Assembly: GCA_963654355.1 (NCBI GenBank)
Contig: CAVKBM010000003.1
Location: 12,056-76,055 of the forward strand
DNA: 64,000 nt
Direction: 5' to 3'
From: Bacteroidaceae bacterium
GTDB taxonomy: Bacteria > Bacteroidota > Bacteroidia > Bacteroidales > Paludibacteraceae
A model generated the notes under the pieces. The model ran no database searches. It worked only from the letters and a program-made list of their open reading frames with translations, and was not told the origin of the DNA. Both the position numbers and the translations under genes were made by a program. Positions 28,961 through 38,887 of the stretch are shown here, piece by piece. Each line of letters opens with the position of its first letter. Positions within the stretch are counted from its first letter, which is position 1.

Positions 28961-28991
28961 TTTTGTGTAACAATTTTCAGGTTAAATCAGT

Positions 28992-30983
28992 ATGAATTTC
29001 GGAAATTTAAAATACAAATCTTTGCTTTTAGGTGTCGGGGCTTCTATGCTCATGGCCACCTCTTGTAAGGATTTCTTGGATGTCGATATTTACGACAACT
29101 ATTCTCCGTCTACATTGTCGTCTAAGTCTGCTTACCAGAGTCTTACGACGACTCTCTACGGAGGTTACAAATGGTTCCAGTATGAAAGTAAGTTCTCTTG
29201 GTGTGTGAACGAGGGTATTCCTGGTGTTTTGTTCAACATCAACGACCAAGAGGGTGCGCTTTTCAAACTCTCTATCGGTGAGGATAACCCTATCTTGAAG
29301 GAAGGTTACACTTCTTTGTATAGTGGTGTTATCGCACATGCGAATGCTGTCATTAAGACTGTCGAGTCTGCTTCTGTTCCAAGTGATATGACAAGAGCAG
29401 AGATGGATGCAGTTTTGGGTGAGGCAAAACTTTTCAGAGGTTACGCTCACTTCTTGGCAACAGAGTATTTCGGTGAAACTCCTTTGGTATTAAATACAGA
29501 AACTGATATTTCAGGAAATGTTTCTTTGCCGGTCGTTTCTCGTAGAACTCTGTATGCTGCGATTGAGAATGATTTGTTGGATGCGTACAATAAGCTTCCA
29601 GAGTCTAATACTACTGATACTTGGAGAGCAACTAAGTATTCTGCAGCTGCCCTTTTGGCTAAGTTGTACTTGACTATGGCTTCTTGTCAGTCTGCTAACG
29701 CTGGTGCAGGTCTTACTTATCCATATATTTGTGATAATCCTGCCTCTTATTTGCAGTCTGCAAAGAAATATTTGAACGAAATCATTAATTCGGGAAAGTA
29801 CTCTTTGGAGCCACACAAGACCATTTTCTCTGCTGATAATCGTGATGTTCCTACTGCTGAAACTATTTTCGCTCTCTATTGGAAATCTGGTGCTTACGGT
29901 GAAGGTTCCGCTTATCAATCTCAGATTGCTGTAAGTTCTGATTGGTCTCCAGGCTCTGGTTGGGGTTCAGGTAAAGGTTTGACTTATACATTGTACAACT
30001 CATTCGATGAGTCTGATGCTCGTAAAAAAGAACTTTGCTTCTACGTTGGAACTGGTTCTGGTAATGGTTATACTACTTACGACGGACGTGTTGGTTGGTA
30101 TGGTTCTTCCTACAACGATATGAAGAAAGCAGGTACTGCACAGTTCGGTATGACAGGTAAGGATTTCCTTGCACAAGGTCAGCACTTGTTCAACAATGTA
30201 AAGAAGTATATTTGGGGTGTTGATGGAACGTCTACTCACTCTTCTGGTATGTCAATTGACCGTCGTCAGGATATCATTCGTTACTCTGATGTATATATGA
30301 TGTTGGCAGAAATAGCATTGTTGGAGGGTGGAGATGTAGCAGCCGCAAATGCAACTGCTGCAGATTACGTCAATAAGGTTTTGGATGCACATGGTGCACC
30401 GACTGTAGAAACTTTGTCATATTTCGAGGATCTTTCTTCCTCACACAAAGATTACGAAGAGTTTACATTTAACGTTACTGTATCTGATGGAAATGGAGGA
30501 AGTACGCAGAAGGATGTAACTGTAAAACCTTCCGACTGTGGTGTGTCAGCAATGTATCATAAGGCTATTCGTAAAGACTACTTGCAACAACGTCGTAAGG
30601 AGTTTGCTATGGAAGGCTCTGCATGGTTAGACTTGAAGCGTTTCTACTACTATAGTCCTGAGAACGCATATAAGTTTATGGAACAAATTGACCGTTCTTG
30701 CTCTATGACAAATTCACCTGAGTTGTCAGGCTCAGAAGATCCTCAGTTACAGAACGAGAGAGGTTATGACCGTTTGGCTGTTGTGAATGCGGTTAATAAG
30801 AAATTGAAGGAAGAGTTCCCTGATGAGGGATATACTGTTGGTGATAGCGAAGTGGGTGTGTTTACCGCAGACTTCAACAACAACAACAGATGGTATTTGC
30901 CAATCCCTGCATCTGCTAAGTCGTACTTGAAGAGTGCACAGGATTTGTATGATCAAGTTAAGGCTGGTACGTATCCATATTAA
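28992..30983 (+). CDS. SusD/RagB family nutrient-binding lipoprotein
   Basis: Lipobox 'MATSCKDF'. Lies immediately downstream of susC. TPR-like pattern 'RAEMDAVLGEAKLFRGYAHFLATEYFG', plus 'LQQRRKEFAMEGSAWLDLKRF'. Confidence 0.9.
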   Translation: MNFGNLKYKSLLLGVGASMLMATSCKDFLDVDIYDNYSPSTLSSKSAYQSLTTTLYGGYKWFQYESKFSWCVNEGIPGVLFNINDQEGALFKLSIGEDNPILKEGYTSLYSGVIAHANAVIKTVESASVPSDMTRAEMDAVLGEAKLFRGYAHFLATEYFGETPLVLNTETDISGNVSLPVVSRRTLYAAIENDLLDAYNKLPESNTTDTWRATKYSAAALLAKLYLTMASCQSANAGAGLTYPYICDNPASYLQSAKKYLNEIINSGKYSLEPHKTIFSADNRDVPTAETIFALYWKSGAYGEGSAYQSQIAVSSDWSPGSGWGSGKGLTYTLYNSFDESDARKKELCFYVGTGSGNGYTTYDGRVGWYGSSYNDMKKAGTAQFGMTGKDFLAQGQHLFNNVKKYIWGVDGTSTHSSGMSIDRRQDIIRYSDVYMMLAEIALLEGGDVAAANATAADYVNKVLDAHGAPTVETLSYFEDLSSSHKDYEEFTFNVTVSDGNGGSTQKDVTVKPSDCGVSAMYHKAIRKDYLQQRRKEFAMEGSAWLDLKRFYYYSPENAYKFMEQIDRSCSMTNSPELSGSEDPQLQNERGYDRLAVVNAVNKKLKEEFPDEGYTVGDSEVGVFTADFNNNNRWYLPIPASAKSYLKSAQDLYDQVKAGTYPY

Positions 30984-31010
30984 TGTGTTCAATCATTTAA
31001 TAGATAAACA

Positions 31011-32747
31011 ATGAAACTAAAAAATAAATTTTTATCAGCTGTTGCGCTTTTACCAGTGGCATTGGGTGGTATGATGGTTTCTTGCGAAGACCACTGTAGC
31101 GGATGCAACGGTGACATCAACTGTGGTGATTATAAAATCACATCAGTCGCTTCTGCAGACTCTATCAATTCGGCTTTGGGACAGATGTATGCGCAGCAAA
31201 CGGTTATCATCAAGGGTACTGGTCTCTCTACAACAAGAGAGGCCTACTTGGTCGACTCTGTAGGAAACAGATACGCTGTCGAATTGAACCCAACTTTCGT
31301 TACAGATAACAATGTCATCATCACGATGAAGAGCGATGCCGACTTGATTTCTACTGAAAGTGTCGTTTTGGTTTCACAGGGTGGATGTACTGCTCAGTAT
31401 GGTATTACTAAGCCTGTTGCTGCTCCTTCTATCAAGATGTTCTATTGTGAGTTTGTGCCAGACGGAGGTACGCTTCGTATTGCAGGTTCTGCTTTCTTGG
31501 AGGACTTGGAGAAAAATGATACGTTGAAGGTATGGTTTGAGGAGATTGACGAAACGACAGGAAACCCTAATGGTTCAAGAACTTACGTTGCTCGCGACCA
31601 GTTCACTGTTGCTCACGACCAGTCAGAGTTGTTGATTACTGTTCCTGCTGGATTGCCTAATTCAACGAAGGTGGGTGTTGAAAACTCTCATGGACTTTCT
31701 TACTCATCAATGAGATTCCGTGATTCAAGAAATATTTGGTTGGATTTTGATTCAGATACAACTCACGCAGGAAACGAGAGTGGAGCTACTTTGGCATACG
31801 ATAAAATGGATAATCCTACGGGTGTTCCTACATGGAGGACAACCGATGCATTGTCAGACAAGGAATATTCAGATATCTTGAATGCGATTGGAGGTTCTTT
31901 CCCTGAAAGTTGTAACAATGATGTTGTTGAGACTGAAACTGGCAATTCTCATAAAAACTTGTATGGTGTATTAGCAATTTCTGATGGTAATGGAAATTTC
32001 AAGAAGAGTGGATATATTTATTATGCACCTTATTCTATGGAACGTCCTGAAGTAAATCTTTTGGGTCAATTCACTAATGAAAATATTGATAATTTGGTCT
32101 TGAAGTTTGAAATTTATGTGCCATCTTCTTTGCCTTGGTATTCTGTTGCATATATTGTTTTCAGTGCATACGGAACTGATGCGACGGATGACAATGATCG
32201 CGTTCCTTATTTGGAAAAATATTATGGTTACGATGGTGACAATGATGTTGAACCAGGACGTTTTTCACGTGACTTAACTTCAAATGTAAAATTGAAGTAT
32301 GGAAAAAATAAGAAATCAGATGATGGCGAAACATTTGTTTGTAATGCTGAATGTGGTACCCCAGGTGCGTGGTTCCATCCGGCTACCGCAGTTGTTGATG
32401 AGGAAAGTGGTAGTTTGGTATCAGCAAATTCATTCTCAACAGATGGTTGGATGACAGTTGCTATTCCTTTAACTTTTGGAGATGGAGGTAACTTTGCATA
32501 CGCTGTCTCTGACTACGGTTTCTTGACTCAGTACAAGATGGCTAAGCACTGTGGTCCGTTGAATAAAACAGATTTCTGTAACTTCTATATTGAAGTTGAA
32601 GAGCCAGGAAATATGCAGAAGAAAGCAGGTTTGGGTAACTTAATGTTCCTTGCTGTTGATAATTTCCGTATCGTTCCAGAGGACAACGGTGGTGTTCGCT
32701 TCTCTAAGAATGACGGTCCGACTGCAACTTCTAAATATCCTTACTAA
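31011..32747 (+). CDS. PUL-associated surface lipoprotein (SusE/F-position; IPT/TIG-like N-terminal domains), putative ligand-binding protein
   Basis: Lipobox 'MMVSCEDH'. Third gene after susCD. 'VIIKGTGLSTTREAYLVD' is an IPT/TIG-like strand pattern. No catalytic motif recognised. Confidence 0.6.
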   Translation: MKLKNKFLSAVALLPVALGGMMVSCEDHCSGCNGDINCGDYKITSVASADSINSALGQMYAQQTVIIKGTGLSTTREAYLVDSVGNRYAVELNPTFVTDNNVIITMKSDADLISTESVVLVSQGGCTAQYGITKPVAAPSIKMFYCEFVPDGGTLRIAGSAFLEDLEKNDTLKVWFEEIDETTGNPNGSRTYVARDQFTVAHDQSELLITVPAGLPNSTKVGVENSHGLSYSSMRFRDSRNIWLDFDSDTTHAGNESGATLAYDKMDNPTGVPTWRTTDALSDKEYSDILNAIGGSFPESCNNDVVETETGNSHKNLYGVLAISDGNGNFKKSGYIYYAPYSMERPEVNLLGQFTNENIDNLVLKFEIYVPSSLPWYSVAYIVFSAYGTDATDDNDRVPYLEKYYGYDGDNDVEPGRFSRDLTSNVKLKYGKNKKSDDGETFVCNAECGTPGAWFHPATAVVDEESGSLVSANSFSTDGWMTVAIPLTFGDGGNFAYAVSDYGFLTQYKMAKHCGPLNKTDFCNFYIEVEEPGNMQKKAGLGNLMFLAVDNFRIVPEDNGGVRFSKNDGPTATSKYPY

Positions 32748-32768
32748 TATTTAGAGTTTAGATAAATC

Positions 32769-32803
32769 AGGAGGAATGGCTTCGGCTGTTCCTCCTTTTT
32801 TGT
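32769..32803 (+). terminator. Intrinsic terminator
   Basis: AGGAGGAA (32769-32776) pairs with TTCCTCCT (32789-32796), followed by T6. Confidence 0.75.
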
Positions 32804-32856
32804 TAAAAAGTTGTTGCCAACTAAATTTTTGATTTTGATGACAAGAAAATTTTGTC

Positions 32857-32864
32857 TATATTTG
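32857..32864 (+). promoter_or_regulatory. -7 promoter element for tRNA-Leu
   Basis: TATATTTG, 12 nt upstream of the mature tRNA 5' end. Confidence 0.55.
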
Positions 32865-32875
32865 CAAAGTCTTAA

Positions 32876-32957
32876 GCGGATGTGGCGAAACTGGTAGACG
32901 CGCCAGACTTAGGATCTGGTGCCGCGAGGCTTGTGGGTTCGAGTCCCGTCATCCGCA
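32876..32957 (+). tRNA. tRNA-Leu (anticodon TAG)
   Basis: Acceptor GCGGATG/CATCCGC. Anticodon arm CCAGA-CTTAGGA-TCTGG. Long variable arm. GGTTCGAGTCC T-loop. CCA is not encoded. Confidence 0.93.
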
Positions 32958-32966
32958 CAAGGTTGG

Positions 32967-33000
32967 AAAGGAGAGGCTTCGGTTCTCTCCTTTTTCGTTC
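32967..33000 (+). terminator. Intrinsic terminator after tRNA-Leu
   Basis: AAAGGAGAG pairs with CTCTCCTTT around a GCTTCGGT loop, followed by TTTCGTTCTTTTTTTT. Confidence 0.75.
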
Positions 33001-33062
33001 TTTTTTTTGTAACTTTACACCTGTGTTGTATTTGAATATAGAAAATTAATCTCCCCGATAGT

Positions 33063-35726
33063 ATGTCAGACGAATTTGATGAAAAAGATGATGAAGAGTT
33101 GGAAGATAGCTCTTTAGACGAGACTTTAGAGGATGGCGATTTAGGTGATTCTAAATATCCGATTTCCATTGATAATGATGTTACACATCTGCCGGGTATG
33201 ATTCAAAAATGGTATTTGGATTATGCGTCTGCTGTAATCTTAGAGCGTGCTGTCCCTCATATAGAAGATGGATTAAAGCCTGTCCAGCGTCGTATTCTTC
33301 ATACTATGAAGTTGATTGATGATGGTCGTTACGACAAGGTGGCAAATATTATTGGTCAGACAATGCAGTTTCATCCTCATGGAGATGCTTCCATCGGTGG
33401 TGCTTTAGTTACTTTAGGTCAGAAAAATCTGCTGATTGATGCACAAGGAAACTGGGGAAATATCTTGACGGGAGATCAGGCAGCAGCAGCTCGTTATATT
33501 GAGGCCCGACTTTCAAAATTTGCGTTAGATGTTCTTTATAGTCCGAAAATCACGGAGTGGATGTCTTCGTATGATGGGAGAAAGAAAGAGCCTGTTACGT
33601 TGCCTGTGAAGTTTCCTCTTCTTTTGGCACAAGGTGTTGAAGGTATAGCGGTCGGTTTGTCTTCGAAAATATTGCCTCATAATTTCAATGAAATCATAGA
33701 TGCCGCAATAGCCTATTTGAATGGAGAAGATTTCGAGCTTTATCCCGACTTTCAGACGGGTGCTTTAATGGACGTTTCTCGTTACAACGACGGAGAAAGA
33801 GGTGGTCGGTTGCGTATTCGTTCAAAAATATCCAAATTAGATAATAAAACACTGATTATTTCGGATGTTCCATACGGAGTAACGACTGATTCGTTAATGG
33901 AGACGATTGTATCTGCGAATGATAAGGGAAAAATTAGTATTAAGAAAGTAGAGGACAACACATCTGCGAAGGCTGAGTTGATTGTTCATTTAGCTCCGAA
34001 CACTTCTTCCGATAAGACAATTGATGCGCTTTATGCCTTCACTGATTGTGAGGTGAGTGTGTCGCCCAACTGTTGCGTCATCTTCAATGACAAGCCGTTG
34101 TTCACCAATGTGCATTTCATCTTGAAATATTCTGTGGATCGAACGAAGGATATTTTGGGAAAGGAACTCAATGTGCGTCGTGGTGAACTGTCGGAGCAAC
34201 TTCATTTCTGCTCATTAGAGAAAATCTTCATTGAAGAGAGAATTTATAAGGACAAGCAATTTGAGGAGAGTAAGAATGTAGATGCTGCGTTACAACATAT
34301 TGACAATCGTTTGACACCCTACAAGGAGATGTTCATTCGTGAGGTAACGCGCGATGACTTGCTTCGTCTGTTAGAAATCAAAATGGCTAGAATCTTGAAA
34401 TTCAATTCAGATAAAGCGGAAGAACAGATTGTCGCACTTAAAAAGCAGATTGAGGATATTGATTATAATTTGGCACATTTGGTTGCCTACACCATTGATT
34501 GGTATCGTACGTTGAAAGAGAAATACGGCTCTATGTACCCTCGTCTGACAGAGATTCGCTCCTTTGAGACTATACAGACGACGAAAGTGGTGGAGGCCAA
34601 TGAAAAACTTTATGTGGATTGGGTGGAAGGCTTTGTCGGCACAGGTTTGAAAAAAGACGAGTATGTATGTAATTGCTCTGATATTGATGATATTATTGTT
34701 ATCCATAAGGATGGAAAATATCAAATTTCAAAGGTGACAGAGAAGAAATATTACGGAAAAGACTTGCTGTATGTCAATGTGTTCAAAAAGAATGATAAAC
34801 GAACGGTGTACAATGTTTGTTATCGTGATGGAAAAATCGGCGGAACATACATCAAACGTTTCGCCATCACAGGCGTAACACGTGATAAAGAGTATGATAT
34901 AACACAAGGAACACCAGGGTCGAAGATACTTTATTTCTCCGCTAATCAAAACGCAGAAGCGGAGGTGATTAAAGTTACGCTGAAACCAAAATTACGGTTG
35001 AAAGTTCCGATATTTGAAAGAGACTTTGGTGATATTGCTATCAAGGGGCGTCAGTCAATGGGTAATATTCTATCAAGAAATGAAGTTCTGAAGATTACAC
35101 TAAAACACAAAGGTTCTTCAACTTTGGGAGGACGTTCGGTATGGTTCGATCGAGATGTCTTGCGACTCAATTATGATGGAAGAGGTGAGTTGTTGGGTGA
35201 GTTTCAAACAGAAGATAGAATATTGGTAATTACGAAGAAGGGAGAGTATTATCTTTCAGGATTTGACGACACTGTCCACTTTGAGGAGGACGTTATGATT
35301 GTAGAGAAATTTGATCCGAATAAAGTTTGGACAGCCGCACTCTATGATGCTAATGAGGGCTATAAATATATTAAACGCTTTCTTCTTGAAGTTACTAATA
35401 AAAAAGTTAATTTTGTCAGTGATAATCCTAAATCCGTTCTGTTGTTGTTGACAGATACGGTTTATCCTCGCATACAATTGACATTTGGCGGAGTAGATGC
35501 ACATCGAGAGCCAATGGTTATTGATGTAGATTCGTTCATCGGAGTTAAAGGGCTAAAGGCAAAGGGAAAGCGTTTGCATACTTGGAATATTGAAAAAATT
35601 GAAGAGTTGAAGCCTACGCGACAGCCAGAACCAAAGACTGTTGAAGAGAATGAAAATAAGGAGGATGAAAATGAAGAAAATGATTCGACAGAACCCGATG
35701 AGAATGGACAAATGTCTTTGTTTTAA
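33063..35726 (+). CDS. parC: DNA topoisomerase IV subunit A (GyrA/ParC family)
   Basis: 'YASAVILERAVPHIEDGLKPVQRRILHTM' and 'AAARYIEARLS' (catalytic Tyr). Lacks the GyrA box. Acidic N- and C-terminal tails. Confidence 0.88.
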   Translation: MSDEFDEKDDEELEDSSLDETLEDGDLGDSKYPISIDNDVTHLPGMIQKWYLDYASAVILERAVPHIEDGLKPVQRRILHTMKLIDDGRYDKVANIIGQTMQFHPHGDASIGGALVTLGQKNLLIDAQGNWGNILTGDQAAAARYIEARLSKFALDVLYSPKITEWMSSYDGRKKEPVTLPVKFPLLLAQGVEGIAVGLSSKILPHNFNEIIDAAIAYLNGEDFELYPDFQTGALMDVSRYNDGERGGRLRIRSKISKLDNKTLIISDVPYGVTTDSLMETIVSANDKGKISIKKVEDNTSAKAELIVHLAPNTSSDKTIDALYAFTDCEVSVSPNCCVIFNDKPLFTNVHFILKYSVDRTKDILGKELNVRRGELSEQLHFCSLEKIFIEERIYKDKQFEESKNVDAALQHIDNRLTPYKEMFIREVTRDDLLRLLEIKMARILKFNSDKAEEQIVALKKQIEDIDYNLAHLVAYTIDWYRTLKEKYGSMYPRLTEIRSFETIQTTKVVEANEKLYVDWVEGFVGTGLKKDEYVCNCSDIDDIIVIHKDGKYQISKVTEKKYYGKDLLYVNVFKKNDKRTVYNVCYRDGKIGGTYIKRFAITGVTRDKEYDITQGTPGSKILYFSANQNAEAEVIKVTLKPKLRLKVPIFERDFGDIAIKGRQSMGNILSRNEVLKITLKHKGSSTLGGRSVWFDRDVLRLNYDGRGELLGEFQTEDRILVITKKGEYYLSGFDDTVHFEEDVMIVEKFDPNKVWTAALYDANEGYKYIKRFLLEVTNKKVNFVSDNPKSVLLLLTDTVYPRIQLTFGGVDAHREPMVIDVDSFIGVKGLKAKGKRLHTWNIEKIEELKPTRQPEPKTVEENENKEDENEENDSTEPDENGQMSLF

Positions 35727-35738
35727 GTCGGATAAGAA

Positions 35739-36431
35739 ATGTGTAGAATGAATAATTCTCATTTGTTGAATAGTCCGTTGAGGTGTGTCTTGCGATTCCT
35801 TCGTAAGTCTGTTTTGGTATTGTCCTTTCTTATATCAACTGTCTTGTTAAAAGCACAGGATTACACGGAGTTTGAAGAACTATATCCTAATTGCCAGGAC
35901 AATTACGAATCAAAAATATACGGAGGTACGTATGGAAGCTGGCCTTCAGCTTTAAATCTTCCTGTTTTCCCTCATGGAGGTGATATTGAGTTGACACGAT
36001 ATGTGAGGAATAACATTGAATATCCGCATGTCGTTGAGTCGTATGAACGCACGGAGGATGGAAAAGATAGCGTAGAGGTGTTGTCGAAGGGCATTGTGGC
36101 GGTTCAGGTTGTGATTGATCGTTGCGGAAAACCGTCTCGTGTCGAAATCATTCAATCTGTCAATGATGCGTATGATGAGGAAGCACTTCGGGTCGCAAGG
36201 GGTCTGCCGACATTCAAGCCTGGTGATCTATATGGGGAGCGTGTGAAAGTGGCGTTGATTATACCATTCTATTTTACTCGTACGAAAATGCCACCTCCAC
36301 CAGAGAGCGAGTATGGCGACTTTTGGGGTGATGGAGACAGCGTAGATTGGAGTGAGACAGAGGAAGATGACAGTAGCACGAAGAGTAGTGGTGGAAAATA
36401 TGATAACGTACAATGGGACGATAGTTGGTAA
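35739..36431 (+). CDS. TonB C-terminal domain protein
   Basis: Signal/anchor, then 'GGDIELTRYVRNNIEYP...GIVAVQVVIDRCGKPSRVEIIQSVNDAYDEEALRVARGLPTFKPG', a TonB_C-like fold. Acidic tail. Confidence 0.7.
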   Translation: MCRMNNSHLLNSPLRCVLRFLRKSVLVLSFLISTVLLKAQDYTEFEELYPNCQDNYESKIYGGTYGSWPSALNLPVFPHGGDIELTRYVRNNIEYPHVVESYERTEDGKDSVEVLSKGIVAVQVVIDRCGKPSRVEIIQSVNDAYDEEALRVARGLPTFKPGDLYGERVKVALIIPFYFTRTKMPPPPESEYGDFWGDGDSVDWSETEEDDSSTKSSGGKYDNVQWDDSW

Positions 36432-36443
36432 TTGAAAATAGAA

Positions 36444-36959
36444 ATGACATCACCAAAAAGAATATTTTTAGTTGGATATATGGGGTGTGGAAAAACCCAT
36501 ACAGGAAAGCGTCTGTCTCGTAAATACAAAGTTGATTTTATTGATTTGGATGCTTTTATTGAGCAAAGATTCTTCAAAACAATTTCCAAAATTTTTGAAG
36601 AAAAAGGAGAGTCGGAGTTTCGTAGAATTGAGAAAAATATGTTAGAAGAGGTCTCTCAGTTTGAAAATGTTATCATTTCAACGGGAGGTGGAACAGCATG
36701 TTTTTTTGACAATATGGAGAAGATGAATGAGATGGGGGAGACAGTCTATTTGCAGGCGTCACCACAGGAACTGTTCGACTATCTGAAAAATGCACGCCAA
36801 AACCGCCCCCTTTTAAGAGACAAGACGGATGACGAACTTCTGCGGTTTATTACAGACGCACTAAAAGAACGTGAGCCTTTCTATTTGAAGGCAAAACACG
36901 TCGTCGGAGCGGCAGACGAGTCGGATGTGTTGTTTGACCAACTATTAGCAGATAAATAA
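36444..36959 (+). CDS. aroK: Shikimate kinase
   Basis: P-loop 'FLVGYMGCGKTHTGK', plus 'ISTGGG' and 'RPLL'. ATG 36444 is preferred over TTG 36432. Confidence 0.9.
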   Translation: MTSPKRIFLVGYMGCGKTHTGKRLSRKYKVDFIDLDAFIEQRFFKTISKIFEEKGESEFRRIEKNMLEEVSQFENVIISTGGGTACFFDNMEKMNEMGETVYLQASPQELFDYLKNARQNRPLLRDKTDDELLRFITDALKEREPFYLKAKHVVGAADESDVLFDQLLADK

Positions 36960-36981
36960 CAGAAAACGAGAATAAAAACTC

Positions 36982-38778
36982 ATGCAAGAGAAAATTATTG
37001 TATTGGATTTTGGCGGACAGTATGCGCATCTGATAGCGAATCGTGTTCGTCGTTTGGGAGTCTTCACTGAGATAGTTTCGCCAACGGCTTCTGTTGAAGA
37101 ATTTAATGGAGCGAAAGGTATCATTTACAGTGGCGGACCTTCAAGTGTGTATGCGGAAGATGCGCCCGAATATAATCCCGAAATTCTAAATATTCAGGTT
37201 CCTAAATTAGGAATTTGCTATGGACATCAATTGATGGCTTCTCAGTTAGGGGGTGTTGTCAAGCCTGGAAAAGTCAAGGAGTATGGTATAGCAGATTTGA
37301 TTCTAAAAGAGCCTCGGCATCCATTGTTGAAAGACATACCTGTCTCTTCGCCTATGTGGATGAGTCATGGCGACCAAGTGGAGAAACTTCCTGAAGGCTA
37401 TAAGATTATCGCCTCAACAAAAGATTGCGAGATTGCAGCCGTCGCTAACGACAGTAGGAAGATCTATGGTATCCAATTCCACCCAGAGGTTACACATAGT
37501 AAATATGGAATGAAAATTTTGGATAATTTCATTTCAATCTGTGGTTGCGAGCGTACTTGGAACATGAAAAGTTATATGCCTCTGATATCTGAGAAAATCA
37601 AGAAGGAGGTCGGTTCTCGAAAAGTGTTCTTGTTGGTTTCTGGAGGAGTTGACAGTACTGTTGCTTTTGTGTTGCTGAATAGAGTTTTGGGAACAGACCG
37701 AGTTCTTGGCTTACACATCGATAATGGTATGATGCGTATGGATGAGTCGGCAAAGGTTATTGACTTCCTGAAGGCGGAGAATATGCAAAACCTACAGGTG
37801 GTGGATGCAACAGACACTTTTCTGAGTAAATTGAGAGGAGTTACTGCTCCTGAGGTGAAGAGAAAGTCTATCGGGGCAACTTTCTTGGAAGTGAAGGATG
37901 TTGAGATGAAAAAATTGAACCTTGACCCTAAGGAGTGGATGATTGCGCAAGGAACTATCTATCCTGACACTATTGAGAGTGGAGGAACAAAAAATGCCGA
38001 TTTGATAAAAACTCATCATAATCGTGTGAAAGAGGTTATGGATCTGATGGAACAAGGACTCTTGCTTGAGCCATTAGCTGACCTTTACAAGGATGAGGTC
38101 CGTATGTTGGGAGAGGAGTTGGGTATCCCTCATAATTTGGTGTGGAGACATCCATTCCCTGGTCCTGGTTTGGGCGTTCGTTTGCTTTGTTCAGACGGTA
38201 CGGGTGAGTTTGCTTCTAACAAAGACGTTGACGGTTTGGAGGCTTACTTGAAAGAACATAATATTGAAGGGAAGGTGTTACCAGTCAAGAGTGTTGGAGT
38301 GCAAGGTGATGGAAGGACTTACGCACAACCATTCTTGTTGACAACTCCAAATCTTACTTGGAAAGAGTGTGAGAAGTACAGCACGGAGTTGGTAAATCGT
38401 TTCAAAGTCATTAATCGCGTGATATGGCAGGTAGGTACTGTTTCAGACGCTATGCCAAAGTTGGTTGAACAATATGCGGAGAAGAGGCATTTTGACTCAC
38501 TTCGTAAGTTTGACAACATTTGTACGGAGTTCTTGCAAGAAAATGATTTGTATGAGAAAATTTGGCAAATGCCAGTCGTTCAGTTGCCATTACGTTTGGA
38601 TGATAAACCATGCATAGTAATGCGTCCTGTGAACAGTTCTGAGGCTATGACGGCTAATTTTGCGGAGATAGATCGAAACTTGTTAATGGGATTGTGGGGA
38701 AGATTCGTAGCAGAGGGCGCTGGTTCTCTTTGGTATGACGTAACACATAAACCTCCTGGAACAATTGAATGGGAGTAA
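36982..38778 (+). CDS. guaA: Glutamine-hydrolysing GMP synthase (long form, 598 aa)
   Basis: GATase 'GICYGHQLM' and 'QFHPEV'. ATP-PPase 'LLVSGGVDSTV'. C-terminal 'KPPGTIEWE'. Confidence 0.88.
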   Translation: MQEKIIVLDFGGQYAHLIANRVRRLGVFTEIVSPTASVEEFNGAKGIIYSGGPSSVYAEDAPEYNPEILNIQVPKLGICYGHQLMASQLGGVVKPGKVKEYGIADLILKEPRHPLLKDIPVSSPMWMSHGDQVEKLPEGYKIIASTKDCEIAAVANDSRKIYGIQFHPEVTHSKYGMKILDNFISICGCERTWNMKSYMPLISEKIKKEVGSRKVFLLVSGGVDSTVAFVLLNRVLGTDRVLGLHIDNGMMRMDESAKVIDFLKAENMQNLQVVDATDTFLSKLRGVTAPEVKRKSIGATFLEVKDVEMKKLNLDPKEWMIAQGTIYPDTIESGGTKNADLIKTHHNRVKEVMDLMEQGLLLEPLADLYKDEVRMLGEELGIPHNLVWRHPFPGPGLGVRLLCSDGTGEFASNKDVDGLEAYLKEHNIEGKVLPVKSVGVQGDGRTYAQPFLLTTPNLTWKECEKYSTELVNRFKVINRVIWQVGTVSDAMPKLVEQYAEKRHFDSLRKFDNICTEFLQENDLYEKIWQMPVVQLPLRLDDKPCIVMRPVNSSEAMTANFAEIDRNLLMGLWGRFVAEGAGSLWYDVTHKPPGTIEWE

Positions 38779-38809
38779 AGCAATGATAACATTGAGATAA
38801 ATAAGAAAA

Positions 38810-38847
38810 TAGGTTGAATCAAACAGGTTCAACCTATCTCTTTTTGG
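38810..38847 (+). terminator. Intrinsic terminator after guaA
   Basis: ATAGGTTGAA (38810-38819) pairs with TTCAACCTAT (38829-38838), followed by CTCTTTTT. Confidence 0.8.
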
Positions 38848-38887
38848 GGTTGATGTAAAACAGGAGAAAAACAAAAAACACAGGTTA

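Noticed and set aside
32909-33169. An 86-aa minus-strand ORF.
   Set aside because: It lies antisense to tRNA-Leu, its terminator and the parC start. Its low-complexity S-rich product mirrors the acidic ParC N-terminus.
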